Shown here: positions 52,659-61,963 of the stretch, one piece after another | Layout of the letters: each line of letters starts with the position of its first letter | How positions within the stretch are numbered: position 1 is the stretch's first letter | Position numbers and translations under genes: made by a program | The notes under the pieces: generated by a model | Databases searched by the model: none | What the model was told of the DNA's origin: nothing | What the model saw: the letters and a program-made list of their open reading frames with translations, nothing else | From: Candidatus Omnitrophota bacterium | GTDB lineage: Bacteria > Omnitrophota > Gorgyraeia > Zapsychrales > Fredricksoniimonadaceae | NCBI GenBank assembly: GCA_015233675.1 | Contig: JADFXH010000006.1 | Span: 65,285 to 129,284, forward strand | DNA length: 64,000 bases | Direction of reading: 5' to 3'

Positions 52659-54134
52659 ATGGAATTAATTTTTGAAAAATCAATAGCGGGGCGTAAGGGG
52701 TTTTGTTTTGGCCCCTCTGACGTCCCCATCCATGCGCAAATTGATCCTAAATATGCACGCACCCAAGATGCTCCTTTGCCGGAAGTTTCTGAGCTCGACG
52801 TGGTGCGTCATTACACCCGTCTGTCGCAAAGAAATTTTTCTATTGATACACATTTTTATCCTTTGGGTTCATGTACCATGAAATATAATCCCAAGTTTAC
52901 CGAGGCCCTGGCGCGCTTGTCGGGCTTTACGGACCTGCATCCGCTTCTGGCTCAATTATCCGGCGGAGAGCAGTGGACTCAGGGGGCCTTGCAAGTTTTG
53001 TATGAATTAGAACAATGGATGTGTGAAATAACCGGCTTCAGTAATTTTACCATGCAGCCTTTAGCCGGAGCTCACGGAGAATTGACCGGCATAATGCTCA
53101 TGGCGGCGTATCATAAGTCTAAGGGGAACGTCAAGAAAAAATACGTTATTGTGCCCGACTCTGCGCATGGCACTAACCCTGCTTCTGCTGCAGTGGCTGG
53201 GTATGAAACTCTTTCCATTCCTTCTAATAAAGACGGCGGCATGGATTTAGATGCGCTTAAAGCCGCTGTTAATGGTGAGACCGCCGGCCTTATGATGACC
53301 AATCCCAGCACCTATGGTGTGTTCGAGCCGAATATCAGTGAAATTGCTGATATTATTCATGCGGTCGACGGTATCATGTATTATGATGGTGCTAACCTAA
53401 ACGCTGTATTAGGGCGCTGCCGTCCGGGAGATGTTGGCTTTGATGTGATGCATATTAATATACATAAAACGTTCGCCACACCTCATGGCGGCGGTGGTCC
53501 GGGGTCAGGGCCCGTCGGGGTCAATGAGAAGCTGGCCAAATTCCTGCCGATCTCACGCGTGGTCAAACACAGCGACGGTATTTACGCACTGGATTATGAT
53601 TATTCTGAATCTATCGGTTACATCGCTTCATTTTACGGCAATTTCGGACTTCTGGTGCGGGCGTACGCTTATGTGCTGATGTTAGGCAAGGAAGGTTTGA
53701 TCGAGACGGCCAATCACGCGGTGCTTAACGCTAATTATATTATGAATAAGCTGGAGCCTTATTATAAAATATGTTTTGATCGGATTTGTATGCACGAAAG
53801 TGTTTTTTCTGCTTCACAACAAGCTGAGCGGGGGGTGACAGCGACGGATATAGCTAAGTTCCTTATTGATCAGCAGGTGCATCCTCCGACGGTATATTTT
53901 CCCATTAGTGTGCCCGAAGCTGTCATGATCGAGCCTACTGAGACGGAATCTAAACAAACAATGGACCGTTTTATTGAGACAATGATCGAGGCGGATAAGC
54001 TTTCACAAACTAACCCCAAGATTTTTAAAGAATTCCCCAAAACCATGCCGGTAACCCGACCTGATGAAGTTAAAGCCGCTCGTGATGTTAAAACCAGTTT
54101 CTTTTTGGCTCCGGCAGAGCCTGAGTCGTCTTGA
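52659..54134 (+). CDS. gcvPB: glycine dehydrogenase (decarboxylating) subunit 2
   Basis: LIFE.S..GR.G, GSCTMKYNP, PDSAHGTNPASA, and HINLHKTF-like HINIHKTFATPHGGGGPG (PLP lysine). GGAG lies 7 nt before ATG 52659. Confidence 0.95.
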   Translation: MELIFEKSIAGRKGFCFGPSDVPIHAQIDPKYARTQDAPLPEVSELDVVRHYTRLSQRNFSIDTHFYPLGSCTMKYNPKFTEALARLSGFTDLHPLLAQLSGGEQWTQGALQVLYELEQWMCEITGFSNFTMQPLAGAHGELTGIMLMAAYHKSKGNVKKKYVIVPDSAHGTNPASAAVAGYETLSIPSNKDGGMDLDALKAAVNGETAGLMMTNPSTYGVFEPNISEIADIIHAVDGIMYYDGANLNAVLGRCRPGDVGFDVMHINIHKTFATPHGGGGPGSGPVGVNEKLAKFLPISRVVKHSDGIYALDYDYSESIGYIASFYGNFGLLVRAYAYVLMLGKEGLIETANHAVLNANYIMNKLEPYYKICFDRICMHESVFSASQQAERGVTATDIAKFLIDQQVHPPTVYFPISVPEAVMIEPTETESKQTMDRFIETMIEADKLSQTNPKIFKEFPKTMPVTRPDEVKAARDVKTSFFLAPAEPESS

Positions 54135-54865
54135 CCGAAGCTAAGGCCGAATGGCAGGATCTCTTTTTGATGAAGCTAAGGGACATTTCTTTTTCCACTC
54201 CGCAGGAAAACATCGCTTTTGATGAAGTTTTATTATCCTTGGCCGAAAAGTACTCGGGGGGTGAATGTTTGCGTTTTTGGGAATCCTCAAGAATTTTTAT
54301 TGTGCTTGGCCGTATCGGCCGTGCGGAAATTGATATAAATTCCAATCAAATCCAGCAAGATAATGTTTCTGTGTTGAGACGTTCTTCGGGGGGAGGGACA
54401 GTCCTTCAAGGCCCCGGATGTCTTAATTATACTTTAATTCTTTCGAAACAAAAGCATCCGGAGATTAATGACTTACGTAAATCTTATGAATGGATCAGTG
54501 ATAAAGTCATTGCGGCTTTACGAAAATCAGGGTTGGATGCGTATTTTAGGCCTATGTCAGATTTGGCTACAGGTTCTGGAGAGAAAAAATTTTCCGGCAA
54601 CGCTCAACGCCGTGCAAAAAGCTATATTTTGCATCATGGCACTATTCTCTATAAGTTTGATTTATCTCTCATCAGCCGCTATTTGAAGATGCCCCAGGAG
54701 GTTCCTGAATATCGCAAACATCGACCGCACATGGATTTCGTAACTAATGTTCCCATTGACCCGAATGTTTTTAAAGGACATCTGGCCCAAATTTTTCAGA
54801 CTTCAACGATGCAACCCCCAAGCCCTCAAGAACTTTCATTTCTAAAGGAATTCTTAAATAGTTAA
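54131..54865 (+). CDS. lipoate--protein ligase / octanoyltransferase family protein (BPL/LPL catalytic domain)
   Basis: RRSSGGGTV.QGPG..NY and KFSGNAQRR (catalytic Lys region). Adjacent to the gcv genes with a 4-nt overlap. Confidence 0.75.
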   Translation: MTEAKAEWQDLFLMKLRDISFSTPQENIAFDEVLLSLAEKYSGGECLRFWESSRIFIVLGRIGRAEIDINSNQIQQDNVSVLRRSSGGGTVLQGPGCLNYTLILSKQKHPEINDLRKSYEWISDKVIAALRKSGLDAYFRPMSDLATGSGEKKFSGNAQRRAKSYILHHGTILYKFDLSLISRYLKMPQEVPEYRKHRPHMDFVTNVPIDPNVFKGHLAQIFQTSTMQPPSPQELSFLKEFLNS

Positions 54866-54898
54866 TGATATTTTATATAAATTTGTTAATATAAAATC

Positions 54899-56137
54899 AT
54901 GACTACAAAAATTTCTTTTCTCTCTTTTATATTGATGACTTTTTGTTTGGTTTCCAAGTCTGGTGCGGCTGATCCTGTGATAATTAATACAGATAAGAGC
55001 TATCAACAATACACGGATTTTTTTGAGAAGGTTTATAAAACTTTTGAGACCAATTATTATCTTGCGCCTGACCGCAAAATTTATGACCATTTTTTGAAGA
55101 AGTTTAACAGTAATATTTACGCTCAGCTTAAAAGCGAAGGGAAGAGTGATGATTATGTCCGCTGGCGTAGTGCTTGGTATTTGGTAGACGCTTTAAGGTC
55201 CAAGGATGATAAATTTACCCAATTTTATCCTCCCAAACCCGCTGTAAAATTCAAGCATGAGGCTCTTGGTCAAAAGATTGATCTTGGTATTGAGGGTAAA
55301 AAGAATGCGATCGGTTTTTTGGTGACCCGCATGGAGCCGCGCTCGGATGCTTATGATAAGGGCTTGCGCGAAGATGATATAATTTTGCAAATTAACTCAC
55401 AGAGAGTTCAGGGCATGACTGAGGAAGCTATTGAAAGCAAATTAACTCCGCTTATAAATTCGAAAGTCAAACTGTCCTATCTGAGTAATGAAACCAAGGC
55501 GCAAAAAGTAATTGTAGCTGTCAGCAAAGAATATTTCAAACAGACGGTGTTTATGCATCCGGTGCCGGTAGAGGGTGTCTTTTGCCTGGAAGTTCCCAAA
55601 TTTGACCGTATGACCGGCGAAGATATGTTTCATTTTTTAAGATTGGTAGAAGCTCGGAACCCTAAAGGGCTTGTGTTGGATTTGCGGGGGAATCCCGGAG
55701 GCCCGCCTTTAGCGGCAAGAGAAATTTCCGCCTTTTTCCTGAAAGGCGGGGAAGAATTTGCGTATTTTCAGAAACGTAATTCACCCAGAGCGGATTTGGA
55801 TATCCCTGTTATTGATCCCCAATATCAGTTTAGGGGACCTATCGTCATTCTTGTTGGTGCTGATACGGGCAGTGCCGCAGAATTATTTGCCGGCATTATG
55901 CAGTTTAAGGGCAGGGCGGTTGTTCTGGGGGTAAATACGGCAGGTCAGATTTTGTTAAAAAGCATGTTTCCGATGGACGATGGCTCCATGGTTGCTTTGG
56001 TTACTTCCCGGGGGTATTATCCAGATGGAACGGTTTTTAGTTTTGACGGTATAACGCCGGATAAAATAATCAGTGATGCTCCTAAGGATGGCTTGATCAA
56101 TTTAGCTGCGGCCTATATTTCAATGAAAACCAGGTAA
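54899..56137 (+). CDS. S41 family C-terminal processing peptidase with a PDZ domain
   Basis: Signal peptide. PDZ-like GL+EDDIILQIN. LDLRGNPGG motif and TGSAAE (catalytic Ser region). Confidence 0.85.
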   Translation: MTTKISFLSFILMTFCLVSKSGAADPVIINTDKSYQQYTDFFEKVYKTFETNYYLAPDRKIYDHFLKKFNSNIYAQLKSEGKSDDYVRWRSAWYLVDALRSKDDKFTQFYPPKPAVKFKHEALGQKIDLGIEGKKNAIGFLVTRMEPRSDAYDKGLREDDIILQINSQRVQGMTEEAIESKLTPLINSKVKLSYLSNETKAQKVIVAVSKEYFKQTVFMHPVPVEGVFCLEVPKFDRMTGEDMFHFLRLVEARNPKGLVLDLRGNPGGPPLAAREISAFFLKGGEEFAYFQKRNSPRADLDIPVIDPQYQFRGPIVILVGADTGSAAELFAGIMQFKGRAVVLGVNTAGQILLKSMFPMDDGSMVALVTSRGYYPDGTVFSFDGITPDKIISDAPKDGLINLAAAYISMKTR

Positions 56138-56138
56138 T

Positions 56139-56480
56139 ATGTTCACTCTTTTCATGGTATTTTTCGGTCAGTGTGTTTTTGCTGTTATTGTCATTTTTGT
56201 TTTGAAGAAACTCTTGGACAAGGAATTGATGAGCGTTGCGCTTGAGAAATTTGAATCCTGTAAAATATCCTCAGATATCAAAGAAATTAACGTGTATTCG
56301 GCTTCGGCGATCAGTAATGAGGTCAAGAATCATTTTGAATCCGTAAGACAACGTAAAATGCCTCAAGCAAATTTGAATTTTCGTGAAAATGCCGACCTCA
56401 AAGGAGGGCTGGTAATTGTCGCGGGGGATCTTCTTTTGGATTTCAGTCTTTTTAGCCGTTTGCAGAATTTTTGGGCATGA
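56139..56480 (+). CDS. small single-TM protein (hypothetical)
   Basis: ORF with an N-terminal TM and a helical tail. No confident family. Confidence 0.4.
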   Translation: MFTLFMVFFGQCVFAVIVIFVLKKLLDKELMSVALEKFESCKISSDIKEINVYSASAISNEVKNHFESVRQRKMPQANLNFRENADLKGGLVIVAGDLLLDFSLFSRLQNFWA

Positions 56481-57193
56481 ATATTTTGAGTAAAAAAATC
56501 CTTATCATCGTTCCTGCTTTTAATGAGCGCGGCAATATCGGTCGCACGGTCGAAGAAATCCGTAATATTGCTAACAGTGCGGATATTTTGGTTATTGATG
56601 ACGGCTCTTGGGATTCCACTGCCCAAGAAGCCTGTCAGGCTGGCGGCATGGTGGTTTCTTTGCCTTTTAATTTGGGGATCGGTGCCGCGGTACAGACTGG
56701 ATTTAAATACGCTCAAAGGCATCAGTATGATATTGCCGTACAAATTGACGGGGATGGTCAGCATGATGCGGCTTTTTTGTATAAAATCATTGGGCCTATA
56801 TACCGCGATGAGGCGGATATGGTTGTTGGAAGCCGGTTTCTTGAAAAGTCTGGCGGGTATCAATCATCGTTTAGCCGCAGGGTGGGAATTAATTTTTTTG
56901 TACATTTGATCAATGTCCTGACCAGAGTGAGGGTTTATGATCCCACTTCGGGATTTCGGGCGTACAATAAAAAAATAATAGCGTTATTTGCTGAATATTA
57001 TCCGTATGATTTTCCTGAACCTGAGGCTATTGTGGTGGCCCAACAGGCTGGAGCGCGAATAGTTGAAATGCCGGTAGCCATGCGCAAAAGAGAACAGGGC
57101 GACAGTTCTATTCGTTATATGAAGACGCTGTACTATATGGTCAAAGTGACGTTGGCGATTCTTTTACATATGATCCGTCAAAAGAAGGTTTGA
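56471..57193 (+). CDS. family 2 glycosyltransferase (polyprenyl-phosphate sugar synthase-like)
   Basis: ILIIVPAFNE..NI, LVIDDGSWDST, DGDGQHD motifs. Confidence 0.9.
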   Translation: MGMNILSKKILIIVPAFNERGNIGRTVEEIRNIANSADILVIDDGSWDSTAQEACQAGGMVVSLPFNLGIGAAVQTGFKYAQRHQYDIAVQIDGDGQHDAAFLYKIIGPIYRDEADMVVGSRFLEKSGGYQSSFSRRVGINFFVHLINVLTRVRVYDPTSGFRAYNKKIIALFAEYYPYDFPEPEAIVVAQQAGARIVEMPVAMRKREQGDSSIRYMKTLYYMVKVTLAILLHMIRQKKV

Positions 57194-57552
57194 GTATGAA
57201 TATTCATGTGGTGGCTTTCGTGGTTTCGGTTGCGATTTTTTTATTTGTCATTGATTTAGTGCGTCGCAGACGACTAACGTTCAAGTACGCGATGGCATGG
57301 CTTCTGGTTTCTGCGGGGGCGATTTTTTTTGCGGTGTTTTATCGCATGCTTTTTGCCTGCGCGGCCTTCCTTGGTTTTGAACTGCCCAGCAATTTTATTT
57401 TTTTTACCTTGTGCTGTGTGTTTGTATTTTTGAGCCTTTTGTTGACGGTATTTTTGTGCCAGCAGAATAATCGCAATGATGTGATGGCCCAGAAGATAGC
57501 CCTGCTGGAGTTTGAGCTTAAGGAATTGAAAAAGAAATTGAAAGTCGAATAG
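57190..57552 (+). CDS. small multi-TM membrane protein commonly paired with GT2 (DUF2304-like)
   Basis: Three or four TM helices plus a C-terminal coiled coil. 4-nt overlap with the GT2 gene. Confidence 0.6.
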   Translation: MSMNIHVVAFVVSVAIFLFVIDLVRRRRLTFKYAMAWLLVSAGAIFFAVFYRMLFACAAFLGFELPSNFIFFTLCCVFVFLSLLLTVFLCQQNNRNDVMAQKIALLEFELKELKKKLKVE

Positions 57553-57606
57553 AGTCCGATTGTGAAGGATGAACAGTTATTCATCTTTGTTAATATTTTA
57601 GATGGG

Positions 57607-57716
57607 CACGCGTAGAAAGGGATAAATTTGTTCTTTTTGCTCCTGGGGTCATTTTCTTAACGCCAAAAATGACACAGCCGCTTCAAAGAACAATTTTATC
57701 CCTTTCTACGCGTGTC
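57607..57716. repeat. 110-bp imperfect palindrome in the intergenic region
   Basis: CACGCGTAGAAAGGGATAAATTTGTTCTTT.. pairs with ..AAAGAACAATTTTATCCCTTTCTACGCGTG. The inner TCATTTT / AAAATGA also pairs. Confidence 0.85.
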
Positions 57717-57778
57717 TGCGAAATAATTAATATGAGCAAATAAAATAACTAAAATAAATTGATCCCGCATATTGAGAA

Positions 57779-58756
57779 ATGTTCATAACTCCAATTACTA
57801 TCAGCGTTATTATCCCTGCTTACAATGCCTCGGCTACTATTGGCCGGACCCTGGAAGCTTTGTCTAGGCAAAAATGTAATCAACCCTTTGAGGTAATAGT
57901 AGTGGATGACGGTTCTTGTGATAATACTGCGGATATTGTATGCTCATTTGCCGCAGCACGTTATGTGCGTCAGGATAACGCCGGACCGGCTTGTGCTCGC
58001 AATCATGGCGCTAATCTGGCGCGGGGCAAATTCTTGGCGTTTACAGACTCTGACTGTATCCCACATGAGGATTGGATATCGCGGTTGATGGAAACCTTTG
58101 GACAGCAAGAGATTGGGGTTGTCTGCGGGAGTTATGGGATTGCCAATCCTAAGTATTGGTTGGCTAGGTGTGTTTACAAAGAAATTTTATGGCGGCACAC
58201 CCGTTTGATGCCGGATTATCCTAATGCTTTTGGCAGCTATAATTTTTGCGTCAGAAAAGAAGTTTTCGATGCTATTGGAGGGTTTAATTCAGCTTACCGG
58301 CATGCTAGTGGTGAGGACAATGATCTCAGCTATAAGATTACACAATCAGGCTGGCGGATTTATTTTCAGCGCAAAGCCCTGGTGGATCATTACCATACGG
58401 TCAAAGTGGTTAAATATTTGAAAGAACAATTCCGTCATGGTTTCTGGCGCGTAAAAATGTATATGGATCATCCGCGTATGATGAGCGGGGATGGTTATAC
58501 ATTCTGGAAGGACATCATTGAGATGCCTTTAGCAGGGGGGCTTTTTTTAGGGTTGGCCTTAAGTGCGTTTCATTACATCAGGCTGGTTGAAGTAGTATAT
58601 TTAATATTAGTTCCTTTTTTATTTTTTGAAATTTATTACGCGTTAATCATGACACGCTGTTTCTTTGAAGGCATTTTATTCGGTTTTGTACTTTTATTTA
58701 GAGCTTTTGCCCGTATGATTGGTTTCTCGACGGGAATTGTGGCCTTTTTGTTTTAA
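57779..58756 (+). CDS. family 2 glycosyltransferase with C-terminal TM helices
   Basis: ISVIIPAYNA, VIVVDDGSCDNT, TDSDC (DxD), FRHGFWR (QxxRW-like) motifs. Confidence 0.85.
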   Translation: MFITPITISVIIPAYNASATIGRTLEALSRQKCNQPFEVIVVDDGSCDNTADIVCSFAAARYVRQDNAGPACARNHGANLARGKFLAFTDSDCIPHEDWISRLMETFGQQEIGVVCGSYGIANPKYWLARCVYKEILWRHTRLMPDYPNAFGSYNFCVRKEVFDAIGGFNSAYRHASGEDNDLSYKITQSGWRIYFQRKALVDHYHTVKVVKYLKEQFRHGFWRVKMYMDHPRMMSGDGYTFWKDIIEMPLAGGLFLGLALSAFHYIRLVEVVYLILVPFLFFEIYYALIMTRCFFEGILFGFVLLFRAFARMIGFSTGIVAFLF

Positions 58757-58903
58757 GAAAAATAAAAATATTTTAATAATCCCTTGAATCGCATTAAGCC
58801 TATGTTAAGATGATAAATATAAAAGAAAAAATGCGTTTTAGAGTTGAGGGTTTCATATTTAGATATTACATTTTTCGACGGACAATCTAACATAGGTTTT
58901 TTG

Positions 58904-59488
58904 ATGAGCAAAGAATCCGCAGAAGAAAAGTTATTGAAAATGATGCAAAAATCAGCGTCTTCCGTCGCTATTAAACCGCCGGTACAGGGGGCCCTTAAAA
59001 AGAAATTCAAACTATCTTTTAGCATTAACGCTTTAAATTCGTTTTTATTTTTAGGGATTCTTGCTTGTATCATTGCGCTGGGCCTTGAGATGCGTTCCGG
59101 GATTTTCTTGCTTAATCAAGAAGTTGAGTTTTCCCCTGAATCAAAAGCTGATGTTGCGTTGTCTGATATTGCTTTACCCTCCATCCCAAGCGCTAATTAT
59201 TATCTGCAGAAAATTAACGGACGTAATATTTTTAAGCCGTACGTCCTTAAAACCGTTCAAAAAGTAGCTGCACAAGATTTTGCGCAACGGATGTCGAGGT
59301 ATAAATTAGTTGGCATCGCCTGGTTAGATTTGCCGGAAACAGCTTCAATCATGATCGAAGATAGGCAGAAAAAAGAAACATTATTTCTTAAGCAGGGTGA
59401 ACAGTTAGAAGGCGTCACTGTTAAGACCATCTATACGGATAGAGCGGTCTTCAGTCACGAAAATGAGGAGACGACAATCAAGCTATGA
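58904..59488 (+). CDS. GspC/PilP-like secretin-associated inner-membrane protein
   Basis: From ATG 58904 there is one TM (FLFLGILACIIALGL). The C-terminal pattern YKLVGIAW......ASIMIEDR...ETLFLKQGEQLEGVTVKTIYTDRAVF is typical of the GspC HR / PilP domain. 4-nt overlap with the secretin gene. Confidence 0.5.
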   Translation: MSKESAEEKLLKMMQKSASSVAIKPPVQGALKKKFKLSFSINALNSFLFLGILACIIALGLEMRSGIFLLNQEVEFSPESKADVALSDIALPSIPSANYYLQKINGRNIFKPYVLKTVQKVAAQDFAQRMSRYKLVGIAWLDLPETASIMIEDRQKKETLFLKQGEQLEGVTVKTIYTDRAVFSHENEETTIKL

Positions 59489-61131
59489 GCAAACACATCC
59501 CTAAACTCAAGTTTTTGATTCTTTTTCTGGTTGGACTTGCGGGCTCAATCGTATTTTTTACATTTGCCAAAGCGCAAACAGACGATGAGGCCAAAGCCAT
59601 CAAACCCATCATTATGACCGAGCCTAAGGATTCCCTGGAAGACAGGATGGAGCGTAAAATCACGCTGGATGTTCGCGATATGAATATCGTAGACGTGATT
59701 AAATTCCTGGCCCAAAAGGGTGAATTTAACGTCATCATCGCTCCGTCAGTAGAAGGCCGTACTACGGTCCTTTTGCATGACGTGCTCATCAAGGACGCGT
59801 TGGATATTGTCGTCATCTCCAATAAATTGGCGTATCACATGGATGATGACATTGTCCAGGTGATGTCCGCCGGTGAATATGAGGCGATGTACGGTAAACA
59901 GTTTAGTGATAAGACGCAGGTGAGCATTGTGCGTTTGCAATATGCCAAGCCCAGCTATGTATTGGCAGCGCTTGATAATATGCGCAGTAATCGCGGAAAA
60001 ATTATTATAGATGAAGATACCGGTTCAGTGGTATTAGTTGATACTCCTCAATCGATTGCTTTGATGAAGAAAGCCATTTTGCAGATTGAGCAGCCGCTGG
60101 AAACCATGGTTTTCAATTTGAAATATGCCAAAGCGGATATAGTTGCTGAAAAGTTACGCTCTCGTATTGACGCTAAAGCGGTGGGGACTATTACTGCGGA
60201 TGAGCGTTCTAATCAAATTTTGGTACGCGTATTCCCTGGCCGCCGCGATGAAGTTGAAAAGACTGTTCGCAGTTTAGATCTACCCACCAAAGAAGTTTTG
60301 ATCGAAGCCAGGGTCTTGCAGATTGTCATAAATCCGACCAATGATGTGGGCATGGACATAACGGCGCCGATTACTAGCAATGGACATAATCAACTCAGTT
60401 TATCGAGTCTCCCTTTAAAGGAGGCTGCCTTGTCTGCTGCGGATAATTTGTCAAACAATTTTGGCAGAATCGCGGTGGGGAATTTCAACGGCAATGATTT
60501 TACGGCGGCCATACGCGCTTTACAGCAGGTCAGTGACACTAAAATTCTTTCCACTCCCCAGATTTTAGTGACCAATAACGAGGAGGCCAAAATCCATATC
60601 GGTGACACTGTCCCTTATATTGTAGCCACCACCAACGGTACAGGGACTAATGCGATTACCTCTGACGATGTTCGTTTCGTTGATGTCGGCCTTAAATTAA
60701 GCGTTATTCCTACCATTAATGATGATGGGATGGTAACCATGAAGCTGACGCCGGAAATTTCCGAAGTGGTCGCTAAGATCACTTCAGCCGAAGGCAGCAC
60801 TATTCCTCAAGTGAATAAAACTGAAGTTGAAACATCTGTCATGGTCAAGGATGGTCAAACCATTGTGATGGCCGGATTGCGCAATCAGAATAAGTCACAT
60901 ACGAAAAAAGGCATTCCGGGGCTGATGGATATTCCCTGGATAGGAGGGGCCTTCAGCCGCACTGCGGATACTCTTACTAATTCGGAGATTATTATTTTAA
61001 TAACACCTCATATTGTAAAGGGTACTGATGATTTTGAAAAAACAGTTGGCGCTATTAAAGGATCAAAAACTTATAACGAAAGCATTAAATTGAATGAGCC
61101 TGCTACACCGGCAGGCGCCGAATCCAAATAA
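59485..61131 (+). CDS. type II/IV secretion-system secretin
   Basis: N0/STN-like ITLDVRDMNIVDVIKFLAQKGEFNVII. Secretin core with ...VLSTPQILVTNNEEAKI.IGD..PY and GIPGLMDIPWIGGAF motifs. Confidence 0.9.
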   Translation: MSKHIPKLKFLILFLVGLAGSIVFFTFAKAQTDDEAKAIKPIIMTEPKDSLEDRMERKITLDVRDMNIVDVIKFLAQKGEFNVIIAPSVEGRTTVLLHDVLIKDALDIVVISNKLAYHMDDDIVQVMSAGEYEAMYGKQFSDKTQVSIVRLQYAKPSYVLAALDNMRSNRGKIIIDEDTGSVVLVDTPQSIALMKKAILQIEQPLETMVFNLKYAKADIVAEKLRSRIDAKAVGTITADERSNQILVRVFPGRRDEVEKTVRSLDLPTKEVLIEARVLQIVINPTNDVGMDITAPITSNGHNQLSLSSLPLKEAALSAADNLSNNFGRIAVGNFNGNDFTAAIRALQQVSDTKILSTPQILVTNNEEAKIHIGDTVPYIVATTNGTGTNAITSDDVRFVDVGLKLSVIPTINDDGMVTMKLTPEISEVVAKITSAEGSTIPQVNKTEVETSVMVKDGQTIVMAGLRNQNKSHTKKGIPGLMDIPWIGGAFSRTADTLTNSEIIILITPHIVKGTDDFEKTVGAIKGSKTYNESIKLNEPATPAGAESK

Positions 61132-61154
61132 TTCCAAGGACGGAGATCAAACTT

Positions 61155-61952
61155 ATGGGCAGACCATGTAAAGAATTTTTAAGCAGACTCAACCTTACGA
61201 CGTTGAAACGATGGGGCGTTTTCACGGCGATATTTTTTATTCTTGCCCTTTTGGGAAACGTTTGGCGGGCGAGTGCCCAGGAGGCGGCCGATGTTCAGCC
61301 GCCTCAGCAAGCTGTTGGCGGTAACGTTGATGAGGCGCAGGCTGAGCGCCAGGATTTTGTCAAAGAGATCCGTAGGGTTGAAAATCTCAATAAAAAATAT
61401 ACCCAGGAAATCCAAGACATACGCTCTTTGTTAGCGGATAAAGATGCTGATTATCAGAAACGTATGCAAGATTTAGAAAATAAACTGGCCGTCCAGCAGG
61501 ATGAAAATTCTAAAAAGGAAGTTGCTAAAGAGCAAAGCGTGCAGACAACCCAGGAGTTGGAATCCAAGACTAATGAAATGCTTGCTAAAGGCGGAGACAT
61601 GGATCCGCAGGATAAAAACTTCAGGGAAGAATTGGCCAAGGCCCATTACAATATGGGTAATATTTATTTTGAACGCGGAGAATATCAGCGAGCTGTCGTG
61701 GAATATTACCAAGCGGTAGACCTAACACCTAACGATCCTGATACCCATTACAATTTAGCTTTTGTCAGCGGCGAATATTTGGGTGATCAGGAAACTGCTT
61801 TGAAGCATTATCAATGGTATTTGTATCTTAAACCTGATGCGACTGATATTCCTGCTGTTAAAGAAAAAATCCTTCAGGCTAAACTTTCTTTGCGCAGCAA
61901 AATTGACTCCCCATTGGATAAAAGCGACGGTAATTTTAATTTAACCCGTTAG
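61155..61952 (+). CDS. TPR-repeat protein with a coiled coil (possible secretin pilotin/accessory)
   Basis: Signal/TM segment. TPR motifs AHYNMGNIYFERGEYQRAVVEYYQAVDLTPNDPDTHYNLAFV. Confidence 0.7.
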   Translation: MGRPCKEFLSRLNLTTLKRWGVFTAIFFILALLGNVWRASAQEAADVQPPQQAVGGNVDEAQAERQDFVKEIRRVENLNKKYTQEIQDIRSLLADKDADYQKRMQDLENKLAVQQDENSKKEVAKEQSVQTTQELESKTNEMLAKGGDMDPQDKNFREELAKAHYNMGNIYFERGEYQRAVVEYYQAVDLTPNDPDTHYNLAFVSGEYLGDQETALKHYQWYLYLKPDATDIPAVKEKILQAKLSLRSKIDSPLDKSDGNFNLTR

Positions 61953-61963
61953 AATTATTTTTT

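Noticed and set aside
58753-59073. 106-aa minus-strand ORF between the GT2 gene and the secretin operon
   Set aside because: It is antisense to the GspC/PilP-like gene, which is translationally coupled to the secretin. The sequence is AT-rich and low complexity.
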